Source: Wigglesworthia glossinidia endosymbiont of Glossina morsitans morsitans (Yale colony)
GTDB lineage: Bacteria; Pseudomonadota; Gammaproteobacteria; Enterobacterales; Enterobacteriaceae
Direction of reading: 5' to 3'
Length of the DNA stretch: 32,000 bases
Assembly: GCF_000247565.1 (NCBI RefSeq)
Contig: NC_016893.1
Span: 300,001-332,000 of the forward strand
The position numbers and the translations under genes were made by a program. The notes beneath the pieces were generated by a model that saw nothing but the letters and a program-made list of their open reading frames with translations, had not been told where the DNA came from and did no database searches. Of the stretch, positions 1 to 10,045 are shown piece by piece; the first letter of the stretch is position 1, and every line of letters starts with the position of its first letter.

Positions 1-2326
1 TACTTTTTGTTGTCTTTCCAAATTTTTTTTGAAAACTTTGCCAAATTTCTTCAGTAATAAATGGAACAAAAGGATGTAATATTTTTAATAAATTTTTTAA
101 TATAGTGAGTAAAGTATAATATGTACTCTCTAAATATAAAATAATTTTTTCTTTAAAAATCATTTTACTAATTTCTAAATACCAATCACAAAATTGATGC
201 CATATAAATTGATATAAATTATTTGCAGACAAATCAAATCTGAAATTATCTAAATATTTTATATGTAATTCTAAAATTTTATTATATTTATAAAATATCC
301 AATTGTCTAAAGGAGAAAAATAAATTTTATTTTTATCAAAATTTATTTTTTTATTTTCTGTATTTATAAATATGAACCGACTAGCATGCCATAATTTATT
401 GCAAAAATTTTTGCATCCTATTATTTGATTAATTTTAACATTAATATTTCTAGTATTTGCAGCAATAAAAGCCATACTAAAACGCAATGCATCTGCTCCG
501 CATGCTTGGATCCCATTTGGAAATTCTTTTTTTGTAGAATTTTCAATTTCTTTTTTTAAATTTAAATCGTATATATTTTGTGTTCTTTTTTGTAATAATT
601 CGTAAAGCGAAATTCCGTCGATTATATCTATAGGATCAATAACATTTCCTTCAGATTTTGACATCTTTTTTCCGTACTGATCCCTAATAAGTCCAGTAAT
701 ATAAATTTTATTAAACGGGATATGAGATTTTCCAGATGAATCTTTTACTATATACATAGTTAACATAATCATACGAGCAATCCAAAAATAAATAATATCA
801 AAGCCACTAACTATTATATTTGTAGGATGAAACATATTAAAATATAAAGATTTTTCAGGCCATCCCAATGATACAAAACTCCATACTGCAGAAGAAAACC
901 ATGTATCTAATACGTCTTCGTCTTGTACAAGTTTGATATCTGTTTTTATTTTAAATTTTTTTCTTATTTCAGATTCGTTGTTTCCTGCATATGGAACTTG
1001 GTTGTTGTCGTACCAAATTGGAATTTGATGACCCCACCATATTTGACGAGATATGCACCAATCTTCAATATTATTCATCCAGCTAAAATATAAATTTTCG
1101 TATTGCTTTGGTATAAATTCAATTTTACCGTCTTTAACGGCTTTCATGGCAGTTTTTGCTAAAGATTTCACTTTTAAATACCACTGATGTGTTATCATGG
1201 GTTCTAAAATAACATTACTGCGATCTCCTACTGGAAATTTAATTTTTTTCAACTGCACTTTAGTGATATATCCTAATTCTTTTAATTTTTTTATAACTAG
1301 TATACGCAATTTATTTTTTTCTATATTATGAAATTCTTCTGGAATATTAATTTTAGAATTTTTAATTATTTTACCTTGATAATCAAATACCTCCGGTAAT
1401 TCACGCAGATTACCAGAAAATGTAAAAATATTTATCATGTTTAATTTATGTTTTTTACATATATTAAAATCATTAAAATCATGTGCAGGAGTAATCTTTA
1501 AGCAACCAGTACCAAGTTCCATATTAACATGAGAGTCTTCTATTATAGGAACAGTACGATTTAACAACGGTACAATAACACATTTTCCAATTAAATTTTG
1601 ATATCGAGTATCTTCGGGGTTTACTGCAACAGCGACATCGCCAAAAATAGTTTCTGGTCGAGTAGTAGCGACTTCTAAAAAGTTTAGTCCTTCTTTTGTT
1701 TTTAAATGATTATCTATTTTATATTTTAAGTGCCACATTTTTGAGTTTTTTTCATAATGTTTGACCTCTAAATCTGATATAACAGTATTTAGTTTTGTAT
1801 CCCAATATATTAAACGATTCTTTCTATATATTAATTTTTTTTCATATAATCTTAAAAAGATATTACGAATAGATTTTGATGCCTGTTCATCCATTGTAAA
1901 TCTTAACAAATCAAAATCTGCAGTACATCCTAATCGTTTAATTTGTTTAATAATTAATTTTTCTGCTATTTTTTTCCATTTCCAGGCTTTTCGGAGAAAT
2001 TCTGTTTTTCCGCAATCAAAACGTGTTTTACGTGCTTGGTATTTTAATTGGTTTTCTAAAATACTTTGTGTAGCAATTCCTGCATGATCAATACCTAATT
2101 GTAATAATGTGTTTTTTCCTTTCATACGATGATATCTAATTAAAATATCAATAATACTTTGCTGAAAAGCATGACCTATATGCAAGCCTCCAGTGATATT
2201 AGGCGGAGGTAGAATAATACAAAAGTTTTTTTTGTTTAAGTTAACATAAGTTTTAAAACATTGATTTTTTTCCCAAATTTGATATGAATTTGACTCGACA
2301 TTTTTTGGATGATAATTTTTCTTCAT
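1..2326 (-). CDS. valS: Valyl-tRNA synthetase, 3' part (C-terminus) beyond window start; absent from the supplied ORF track because it has no stop inside the window
   Basis: ATG at 2326 on the minus strand gives MKKNYHPKNVESNSYQIWEKN... with PPPNITGGLHIGHAFQ (HIGH motif). The same frame at the window edge encodes ...ITEEIWQSFQKKFGKTTKS, typical of ValS. The frame is the same at both ends (775 codons). Confidence 0.96.
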   Translation of the reverse strand, partial: MKKNYHPKNVESNSYQIWEKNQCFKTYVNLNKKNFCIILPPPNITGGLHIGHAFQQSIIDILIRYHRMKGKNTLLQLGIDHAGIATQSILENQLKYQARKTRFDCGKTEFLRKAWKWKKIAEKLIIKQIKRLGCTADFDLLRFTMDEQASKSIRNIFLRLYEKKLIYRKNRLIYWDTKLNTVISDLEVKHYEKNSKMWHLKYKIDNHLKTKEGLNFLEVATTRPETIFGDVAVAVNPEDTRYQNLIGKCVIVPLLNRTVPIIEDSHVNMELGTGCLKITPAHDFNDFNICKKHKLNMINIFTFSGNLRELPEVFDYQGKIIKNSKINIPEEFHNIEKNKLRILVIKKLKELGYITKVQLKKIKFPVGDRSNVILEPMITHQWYLKVKSLAKTAMKAVKDGKIEFIPKQYENLYFSWMNNIEDWCISRQIWWGHQIPIWYDNNQVPYAGNNESEIRKKFKIKTDIKLVQDEDVLDTWFSSAVWSFVSLGWPEKSLYFNMFHPTNIIVSGFDIIYFWIARMIMLTMYIVKDSSGKSHIPFNKIYITGLIRDQYGKKMSKSEGNVIDPIDIIDGISLYELLQKRTQNIYDLNLKKEIENSTKKEFPNGIQACGADALRFSMAFIAANTRNINVKINQIIGCKNFCNKLWHASRFIFINTENKKINFDKNKIYFSPLDNWIFYKYNKILELHIKYLDNFRFDLSANNLYQFIWHQFCDWYLEISKMIFKEKIILYLESTYYTLLTILKNLLKILHPFVPFITEEIWQSFQKKFGKTTKS

Positions 2327-2490
2327 AATAAATTTTAATTTTGAATAAAAACTGTTTGATAATTAAATTTTGGAAGTTTAAATTTTTGTGTATTTTCAGT
2401 ATTAAATAAAGTTTAAATGATTTTTTTAATATATTAAATTGTATATTTGTATAAAATTTTACTATACAGCTATTATATAATTTAAGTTAA

Positions 2491-4014
2491 TTATTTAGCA
2501 TTTAAATCTTCATCAAATTTTTGATTCATATGATCTATTAAAAATTGTGTTAATAATGCTACTGGTCTTCCGGTAGCCGAATTATTTTTACCTGATGTCC
2601 AAGCTGTTCCGGCTATATCTAAATGCGCCCATCTATATTCTTCTGCAAATTCTTGTAAAAAGCATCCAGCAGTAATAGCGCCTCCATCATTTCCATTTAC
2701 ATTTGATATATCAGCAAATTTTGATTTTAATTGATATGCAAATTTTTTATGCAAAGGTAATCTCCAAACTAAATCATATGTAATTTTTGAAGCATCTAAT
2801 ATTTTTTGACATAATTTATCACAATTTGACATTAATCCAGTATAATGATGTCCTAAAGCAACAACACATGCTCCGGTAAGTGTAGCAATATCAATTACTA
2901 ATTGAGGATTGAATTTTTTTACATAAGAAAGTACATCGCATAATACTAATCTGCCTTCTGCGTCTGTATTAAGAATTTCTACCGTTTTTCCTGATAATGT
3001 TTGAACGATATCTCCAGGACGACACGCAAATGCATCTGGCATATTTTCGCAGCACGCCAATATTCCAATAATATTTAAGTTTAAATTTAATTTCAATACT
3101 GCGTGCATTGTTCCCAGTACTGCTCCTGCTCCACACATATCATATTTCATTTCGTCCATTTTGCGTGATGGTTTAAGTGAAATTCCTCCAGAATCAAATG
3201 TTAATCCTTTTCCAATTAAAACTATAGGATTTTCGTTAGGTTTATTACTACCATGATATTTGATAACTGCAATATAAGGTGCTTTTTTTGAACCTTGACT
3301 AACAGATAAATATGCATGCATTCCAATTTTTTGCATTTCTTGCTGATCGATTATTTCTATTAAAATTTTCTTAGAATTTGTATCTTGTAGTTTATATGAT
3401 TGATGTGATAAATAATATGGATCGCAAATGTTCGGCGGGGTATTGCTTAAATCTTTAGCGATTTTCACTCCTAATGCAATAGATTGACCGTGCTGAATAG
3501 CTAACTGTGCTTGCTTAATTTCGTTTCGATAGGGAATATAAAAAAGCACTTCATTCAAATATATTTTTGGTATTTTTGTATGTTTTTTAAAATTATTTAA
3601 GGTATATAGCTCTGTTTGTATTATTTCTATTGTTTGTCTAATTTTCCAATAGATGTTTAGATTGCTAATATTTAATGAAGATAAAAATAATATAATTTTT
3701 TCATATTTTATCAATTTAATATATTTAATGATAGCTTGTATGATTTTTTGATATTTATCGATATTTATATTTTTTGATTTTCCGCATCCAACAGTTAATA
3801 TAGCGTTTTGAGGATGTGTAAAATTCTGTACTAAAATGCAAGAACCTAGATGTGACGATATTTTTTTATTTTTTATAAAATTTAAAATATCATTTTTATT
3901 AATTTGTGTTATATACTGAAGCGATTTAGGTTCATTTATTTTGTCAAAAATTTCTAAAATACAAATCATGTTACTGGTAAAATTTGTATTATTTTTTAAA
4001 ATACTAAATTGCAT
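2491..4014 (-). CDS. pepA: Leucyl aminopeptidase (cytosol aminopeptidase, M17)
   Basis: 507 aa; NTDAEGRLVLCDVLSY signature; next to valS and divergent from lptFG as in E. coli. Confidence 0.96.
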   Translation of the reverse strand: MQFSILKNNTNFTSNMICILEIFDKINEPKSLQYITQINKNDILNFIKNKKISSHLGSCILVQNFTHPQNAILTVGCGKSKNINIDKYQKIIQAIIKYIKLIKYEKIILFLSSLNISNLNIYWKIRQTIEIIQTELYTLNNFKKHTKIPKIYLNEVLFYIPYRNEIKQAQLAIQHGQSIALGVKIAKDLSNTPPNICDPYYLSHQSYKLQDTNSKKILIEIIDQQEMQKIGMHAYLSVSQGSKKAPYIAVIKYHGSNKPNENPIVLIGKGLTFDSGGISLKPSRKMDEMKYDMCGAGAVLGTMHAVLKLNLNLNIIGILACCENMPDAFACRPGDIVQTLSGKTVEILNTDAEGRLVLCDVLSYVKKFNPQLVIDIATLTGACVVALGHHYTGLMSNCDKLCQKILDASKITYDLVWRLPLHKKFAYQLKSKFADISNVNGNDGGAITAGCFLQEFAEEYRWAHLDIAGTAWTSGKNNSATGRPVALLTQFLIDHMNQKFDEDLNAK

Positions 4015-4068
4015 AAGAATTCCTGTTAAATAAAATTTGTATTTTAGTTTATAAAATTTTATTTCATT

Positions 4069-4087
4069 TTACTATTAGTAATAGTAA
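4069..4087. repeat. Palindrome with 9-bp arms and a 1-nt centre
   Basis: TTACTATTA G TAATAGTAA in the divergent pepA/lptF intergenic region. Confidence 0.85.
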
Positions 4088-4192
4088 TGATTTATTGTAA
4101 ATAATAAAAATTTTTAAAACCATAAAATAATAATATTAAATTTATTTCTTATTATACATTAAGTAAAAAATTTTTGAAACTAATTATAAATC

Positions 4193-5266
4193 GTGATTAT
4201 TTTAAAATATTTAACTAAAAAAATACTAAAATTTCAGATATTAATTTTGTTAATTTTATTTTTTGTATTTTTATCTCAAAAATTAGTTCGTGTTTTATCT
4301 GTTTCTATAGAATATTCTATTCCTAAAAAATTAATATTTTCTTTACTTTTTTTTAGTATTCCAGAAATACTAAAACTAGTACTACCTTTAAGTTTATTTT
4401 TAGGTATTTTTTTTGCTTTGCAATCTTTGCAAGAAAATAACGAAATTGTTGCTATACAGACTTGTGGTATAGGATATATAATTTTTTTTAAAATTACGTT
4501 ATTTTTTAATTTTTTAGTTATGTCATTTTCTTGGATAAATGCAATGTGGATATCACCATTAGCGTTTAATTATAAAAATAAAATATTAACAAATAATCGA
4601 TTTAATTCAAATTTACTTGCTTTCAGTCCAGGACAATTCAATATTATGCAAAATAATAATTTTATATTTTTTTTTCAAAAAATAGAAAATGAGAATTTAA
4701 ACAACATATTGATTGTAAAATTTTGGAATCAAAAAGAAGCTTTTTGTCCGATAATATTAACTGCAAAATCGGGAAAAATTTATAAGAAAAAAACAAATAT
4801 TAAATATTATATAACTTTAAATAATGGACAATATTTTTATGCTAATTTGCAATCAAATGATTTTTGGATAACATCTTTTAAGAAATATTATCTAGAAATA
4901 ACAAAAAATATTCCTAACATGCATATAGAAAATCCAGAAAATTTATTATTACAAAATTTATGGAAATTAGATAATTTAGAGTCAAAAATAGAATTACATT
5001 GGAGATTTACAATTGTATTTGTAGTTTTTATTATGTCAATTCTAGCAAATATTTTAGGAATTTATACAACACAAAAAAATAAATTTTTTAATTTATTTAT
5101 CGGTTTATTATTTTATTTAACATTTTTTTTTATACAAACATTTATTTATACTAATTATCAATTGTTGCAAAAATATTCAGTATTATGTATGTGGATAATA
5201 AACGTTTTTTATATTTTTTTTATATTTGTTTTTGCACAATATAAAAAAAATTTTTTTTATAAGTAA
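4193..5266 (+). CDS. lptF: LPS export permease LptF (YjgP), GTG start
   Basis: 357 aa, MIILKYLTKKILKFQ... FVFLSQKLVRVLSV; multi-span membrane protein followed by lptG. Confidence 0.92.
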   Translation: MIILKYLTKKILKFQILILLILFFVFLSQKLVRVLSVSIEYSIPKKLIFSLLFFSIPEILKLVLPLSLFLGIFFALQSLQENNEIVAIQTCGIGYIIFFKITLFFNFLVMSFSWINAMWISPLAFNYKNKILTNNRFNSNLLAFSPGQFNIMQNNNFIFFFQKIENENLNNILIVKFWNQKEAFCPIILTAKSGKIYKKKTNIKYYITLNNGQYFYANLQSNDFWITSFKKYYLEITKNIPNMHIENPENLLLQNLWKLDNLESKIELHWRFTIVFVVFIMSILANILGIYTTQKNKFFNLFIGLLFYLTFFFIQTFIYTNYQLLQKYSVLCMWIINVFYIFFIFVFAQYKKNFFYK

Positions 5267-5277
5267 AGCAATAGTTT

Positions 5278-6348
5278 ATGTTTAAAATACTAGATCGATA
5301 TATTTTTTATTTATTTTTTAAAACAACTTTTTCTACATTATGTATGCTAGTATCTTTTTCTAGCATTGTAAAATTTATAGATAGAATACGTCAAATACAA
5401 AATTTTAGTTTATCTTTGTTAGATATAGCATATCTAACAATTTTATCTCTTCCAAAAGAAATTGAAGAGTTATTTCCAATAGTGATCCTAATTAGCACTT
5501 TATGGAGTATAGGGATATTAGAAATTAACAAAGAGACTATAGCTATTGAGTTATCTGGAATTAGTCGTACTCAAATTTCAGCTTCAATATTAAAATCGAT
5601 ATTCGTATTTCTTTTGATTTATATTTTTATTATTGAATGGATCATTCCTAAAAATCAAAAAATAGAATATTATTATCTTTATTCTAAAAATAAAAATTCT
5701 CAAATTTTGAAAAGAAATAATTTATGGATAAAAAATAAAAATCATTTTATATTTATATATGACACTTTATATTTCGATAGTTTATCAAAAATTAACATTT
5801 ATACACTTAATTCAAATAACCAAATAGAAGAGATATATTATATTAATCATGCTTTTTATAAAGATAAAAAATGGATATTATATAAAGTCAAAAAAATTAA
5901 AATATTTGAAAATAAAATTATAGAATCTAAGAAGTTTGATAAAATTTTTTGGAATACAGATTTAGTTCCTAAAACGATACAATCTATCGCTTTTCCTCCA
6001 GAAACACTTTCTATTATTAATTTATACAATTACATTTACTATTTAAAAAATAATGCTCAAGTATATAAAAAATATCAAATAATCTTTTGGAATAAATTAT
6101 TTTCACCATTATTTATTTTTATTATAATGCTTACTATTTTACGAATAGTGTTCGGAAAGCTATATTATTATAATATAAAAATAAAAATTTTGTTTGGAAT
6201 TAGTTTAGGATTTATTTTTTATTTTTTAAATAACATTTGCAATTCAATTACTATTATATATCCTATTCCTACAAGCTTAGGAGTCTTTATTCCAGCATTT
6301 ATATTAATTGGAATAAATTTGATAATTAAAAAAAAAATACATGTATAG
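5278..6348 (+). CDS. lptG: LPS export permease LptG (YjgQ)
   Basis: 356 aa, MFKILDRYIFYLFFKTTFSTLCMLVSFSSIVKFIDRIRQ; operon partner of lptF. Confidence 0.92.
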   Translation: MFKILDRYIFYLFFKTTFSTLCMLVSFSSIVKFIDRIRQIQNFSLSLLDIAYLTILSLPKEIEELFPIVILISTLWSIGILEINKETIAIELSGISRTQISASILKSIFVFLLIYIFIIEWIIPKNQKIEYYYLYSKNKNSQILKRNNLWIKNKNHFIFIYDTLYFDSLSKINIYTLNSNNQIEEIYYINHAFYKDKKWILYKVKKIKIFENKIIESKKFDKIFWNTDLVPKTIQSIAFPPETLSIINLYNYIYYLKNNAQVYKKYQIIFWNKLFSPLFIFIIMLTILRIVFGKLYYYNIKIKILFGISLGFIFYFLNNICNSITIIYPIPTSLGVFIPAFILIGINLIIKKKIHV

Positions 6349-6353
6349 TATTA

Positions 6354-7034
6354 TTATTTTATTCTTTTAAAAAAGATATACTTATCTAAATTTAATTGCA
6401 TATTTTCTTTACTTAAGAATGGAATATTTCCAATCATCGGAGCATTTATTTTTTTTTTAAAAAATTGAACATATTTGTATTTAAACGGCATATTCTTGTC
6501 ACAATTGTTAATAATCCATCCTGCAAGTGGAACTTTTGCATTATTTATTGCTTCTACAGTTAGAAGCGCATGATTAATACAACCTAGTTTCATGCCAATA
6601 ACTAAAATGACAGGTATTTTTTCTGACTTAACCCATTGACTGTATAACAAATTGACATTGATTGGCACATACCAACCTCCGGCACCTTCGATAATTAACC
6701 AATCAGTTATACGTGTGAATTTTTTTAAACTAAAAGAAAGATCTTGTTTGCAAATTTTGCAATTTTCTTGCGCACTTGCAATATGCGGAGAAGTAGCATG
6801 AAAAAATGTAAATGGATTAATATTCGAATAAGTTACATTTACATTATTAATATTCATAAATTTTATTGCGTCATTATTACGTAATCCATATTGCGTTTTT
6901 TTACATCCTGAGGCTATTAATTTACATCCTATAACACGTTTTCCAGAACGTATTATAGATTGTAATAGTGCACATACAGACAAAGTTTTTCCTATATTAG
7001 TATCTGTACCAGTAATAAAATAACGTTTAATCAC
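6354..7034 (-). CDS. bioD: Dethiobiotin synthetase
   Basis: 226 aa; FITGTDTNIGKTLSVCALLQ (P-loop of BioD), LIIEGAGGWYVPIN; last gene of bioBFCD. Confidence 0.96.
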   Translation of the reverse strand: MIKRYFITGTDTNIGKTLSVCALLQSIIRSGKRVIGCKLIASGCKKTQYGLRNNDAIKFMNINNVNVTYSNINPFTFFHATSPHIASAQENCKICKQDLSFSLKKFTRITDWLIIEGAGGWYVPINVNLLYSQWVKSEKIPVILVIGMKLGCINHALLTVEAINNAKVPLAGWIINNCDKNMPFKYKYVQFFKKKINAPMIGNIPFLSKENMQLNLDKYIFFKRIK

Positions 7035-7779
7035 GATATATTACTCCATACACTACGTAATAACTTAATCGAAAACCTTGAGAAGTATATGGCCAAAATT
7101 TTTCTAAATCATTTAAATATTTTTTACCTATAAATTTTGATTTATTACGATTATGTAAATAATTAGCACCTACACCTCTAATCTCATGTAATAGTTTCTG
7201 TACGTTTTCATAATATACGCATTTTAAATTTGCACTTAATTGATGGCGATATAAAGAGCAAGCGTTAGAAATAGAAGAGAAAGAAAGAAAATTATTAATA
7301 TGCGAGTAGTCATCAATATTTTTCCATGCTTGTTGTAATTCAATTAGTGATCCCTGTGCTAATGTTGAAAGTGCTAATATTCCACCTGGTTTTAATATTC
7401 GATATGATTCAGATAATACTTGAGATATGTTTGGAGACCATTGCAATACAAGATTACTGAATACAATATCTATTGTTTGATTTAAAAAAGGCATATTTTC
7501 TATATCTCCTAATATGTACATATTAGCAGCGTGCTTTTTATATGCTTCTATCAACATATTTTTAGAAATATCTAATGCAATTACTTTATTATTATTTGAT
7601 TTCCAATATTGACTAAACCATCCTGTACCACATCCAGCGTCTAATAAATTTTTTTTTATTACGTTTCCTGTTAACTTGCACAGATGATATCCACATAATC
7701 TTTGAAAATTTGCATATTTATCGTAATTATTAGCAGCTTTATCAAAGCTATATGCTATTCTATTTTTATGAAACTGCAT
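7027..7779 (-). CDS. bioC: Malonyl-ACP O-methyltransferase BioC; start set at the internal Met MQFHKNRIAYSFDKAA (ORF-track start is 7815)
   Basis: LLDAGCGTGWFSQYW SAM-binding motif, IVFSNLVLQWSPNIS; the internal Met fits the E. coli BioC N-terminus and lies just after the bioF stop. Confidence 0.93.
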   Translation of the reverse strand: MQFHKNRIAYSFDKAANNYDKYANFQRLCGYHLCKLTGNVIKKNLLDAGCGTGWFSQYWKSNNNKVIALDISKNMLIEAYKKHAANMYILGDIENMPFLNQTIDIVFSNLVLQWSPNISQVLSESYRILKPGGILALSTLAQGSLIELQQAWKNIDDYSHINNFLSFSSISNACSLYRHQLSANLKCVYYENVQKLLHEIRGVGANYLHNRNKSKFIGKKYLNDLEKFWPYTSQGFRLSYYVVYGVIYRD

Positions 7780-7780
7780 A

Positions 7781-8944
7781 TTAAATAAATCTTTCTGCAT
7801 AAAATAAAGCCTCAATCAAATTATCAATATCACTTTTTTGATGCATTGCCGTAATAGTAATTCGGATGCGTCCTGTGCCTTCAGGAACACTAGGAGGAAG
7901 AATTGGATTCACCCAAAATCCTTTTTCTTGTAATTTTTTTGAAAATTTAATAGTTAGCAAATTGTCTCCAATAATTATTGGTTGAATAGCTGTATTAGAA
8001 TATTTATATGATTTTAATTTCTTTGCAGAAATTTGAAATCTTTTAATATTTTGAAATAAACGATCTCTTAAATATTGAGAGCGCTTAATTTTTTTCAAAG
8101 CTATTAAGATTGCACCAGCTTGAGCAGGCATCATGGAAGTACTATAAATTAAATTTTTGGAATATTGCAAAAAATATTCAGCCACATTTTCTTGACATAA
8201 TATTGCAGCTCCACATATACCTGCCGCTTTTCCAAAAGTAATTACTAATAGATTTGGAAAAATTTTTTTAATATATGGTGTTCCTCTGCCTTCACTACCT
8301 AATATGCCAAATCCGTGTGCATCATCTAAAACAAGGTAAATATTGCGTGATTTAGCAAGTGTTATCAATTTTTTTAAAGGCGCTTGATCACCGTCCATAC
8401 TAAATACGCCTTCAGTAAAAATTAAAGAATTATTACTAAATTCTTTTTTTTCTAATAATTGAGATAAATGATGCATATCATTATGTCGAAATCTTTTGAA
8501 CAAAATATTTTTATTTATAGAAGTTTCAATTACTGATGCATGACTTAAACGATCGACAAAAATATATTTAAATAATTTACTTAATACATATATAATTGCT
8601 TGATTAGCAGTAAATCCAGATGAAAATAAGAGTGCTCTAGGAAAATTTAACCAATCTGATAACCATTTTTCTAATTTTCTGTGTAATGGATGATATCCAA
8701 TAATATTTGCAGATCCTCCCGATCCTAAACCTTCTAAGTCTACAAAATCTTTCCAAGATTTGATAATTTCTGAATTTGATGACAAACCAAGATAACTATT
8801 ACTAGAAAAATTTAAATATTTCTTGTTTTTTATATAAATCAAACGTTTACTTCCATTATGAATTACTAATCTTTTACGATAAATATGACAATTTTTATTT
8901 TTTGATAATTGATTATTTATTTTATCATTCCAAGTATTATTCAT
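7781..8944 (-). CDS. bioF: 8-amino-7-oxononanoate synthase; likely start at ATG 8944 (MNNTWNDK), ORF track extends to 8995
   Basis: NFSSNSYLGLSSN, DDAHGFGILGSEGRGTP, ITFGKAAGICGAAI (PLP-lysine region); start lies 1 nt after the bioB stop (TAAGATG). Confidence 0.95.
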   Translation of the reverse strand: MNNTWNDKINNQLSKNKNCHIYRKRLVIHNGSKRLIYIKNKKYLNFSSNSYLGLSSNSEIIKSWKDFVDLEGLGSGGSANIIGYHPLHRKLEKWLSDWLNFPRALLFSSGFTANQAIIYVLSKLFKYIFVDRLSHASVIETSINKNILFKRFRHNDMHHLSQLLEKKEFSNNSLIFTEGVFSMDGDQAPLKKLITLAKSRNIYLVLDDAHGFGILGSEGRGTPYIKKIFPNLLVITFGKAAGICGAAILCQENVAEYFLQYSKNLIYSTSMMPAQAGAILIALKKIKRSQYLRDRLFQNIKRFQISAKKLKSYKYSNTAIQPIIIGDNLLTIKFSKKLQEKGFWVNPILPPSVPEGTGRIRITITAMHQKSDIDNLIEALFYAERFI

Positions 8945-8945
8945 C

Positions 8946-9947
8946 TTATAGTGCTGCGTTATAGTACATTTGATTCGACATTTTTTCGTTAACAATATCA
9001 GAAATATTTTTTGTATTTAAATTCAATTTTTTGAATAATCGAATATCTCGATCCATACTAGGATTTGATGTAGTTAATAATTTACATCCGTAAAATACAG
9101 AATTAGCTCCAGCCATAAAACATAATGCTTGCATTTGATCATTCATATATTCTCTTCCAGCAGATAGTCGTATAAAAGAATTAGGCATCATAATTCTAGA
9201 TAAAGCTATTATTCGAATAAAATCAAAGGAACTAACTTTAGTATTATTTTCCATTGGCGTACCTTTGATTTTTACTAACATATTAATTGGTACGCTCTCA
9301 GGATGTTTAGATAAATTTGATAGTTGAACTAATAAACTAATACGATCTTTAATCGTTTCTCCTAATCCTAAAATTCCTCCAGAACATACTTTAATACCAG
9401 AATTTCTTATTTTTTCTATGGTTACTAACCGATCATTGTAACTTCGAGTAGTAACGATATTTTTATAATATTCTGGAGAAGTATCTAAGTTATGATTATA
9501 AAAATCTAATCCAGCATTTGCTAATCTATTTACTTGATGATCATTTAACATTCCGAGCGTCATACAAGTTTCTAATCCTAAATCTTTTACATGTTTAATC
9601 ATAGATTCTAATAAAGGCATGTCTCGGTCTTTTGGATTTTTCCATGCTGCTCCCATACAAAATCGAGTAGCACCTGTTTTTTTTGCTTTTTTTGCAGCAT
9701 TAATTACTTTATCTAAATTTATCAATTTTTCATTAGATAACCCAGTATTATATTTTGCACTTTGTGAACAATATTTACAATCTTCGGGACATAAACCAGT
9801 TTTAATAGATAAAAGAACGCTGACTTGCATATAATTAGGTTTAAAATTTCTTCTATGTGTCTTTTGAGCTTTAAACATTAAATCAAAGAATGGTTGATGA
9901 AATATTTTTGTAGCAGTTTTTATATTCCATTTTTTTTTGTTATTCAT
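8946..9947 (-). CDS. bioB: Biotin synthase (radical SAM)
   Basis: 333 aa; [14 protein letters not shown] radical-SAM cysteine motif; YNTGL..E. Confidence 0.98.
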   Translation of the reverse strand: MNNKKKWNIKTATKIFHQPFFDLMFKAQKTHRRNFKPNYMQVSVLLSIKTGLCPEDCKYCSQSAKYNTGLSNEKLINLDKVINAAKKAKKTGATRFCMGAAWKNPKDRDMPLLESMIKHVKDLGLETCMTLGMLNDHQVNRLANAGLDFYNHNLDTSPEYYKNIVTTRSYNDRLVTIEKIRNSGIKVCSGGILGLGETIKDRISLLVQLSNLSKHPESVPINMLVKIKGTPMENNTKVSSFDFIRIIALSRIMMPNSFIRLSAGREYMNDQMQALCFMAGANSVFYGCKLLTTSNPSMDRDIRLFKKLNLNTKNISDIVNEKMSNQMYYNAAL

Positions 9948-9987
9948 AAATCTTATTAAAACAATTTTATTATAATCCTAATAAGTG

Positions 9988-10004
9988 TATAGTATAATAC
10001 TATA
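9988..10004. repeat. Palindrome with 8-bp arms and a 1-nt centre
   Basis: TATAGTAT A ATACTATA in the divergent bioB/bioA intergenic region; contains TATAAT at 9993-9998. Confidence 0.8.
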
Positions 10005-10045
10005 TTGTCAAATATATTTATTTTAAATTTAATAAGGAATATTAT

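Noticed and set aside
1761-2087. 108-aa plus-strand ORF
   Set aside because: Entirely antisense to the well-supported valS N-terminal region; no family resemblance.
2288-8986. 19-nt near-identical sequence ATTTGA(C/T)TCGACATTTTTT at 2288-2306 (valS 5' end) and 8968-8986 (bioB 3' end)
   Set aside because: One mismatch, different reading phases, and partly a poly-T run; most likely chance in an AT-rich genome.
9619-9834. 71-aa plus-strand ORF
   Set aside because: Shadow ORF antisense to bioB.
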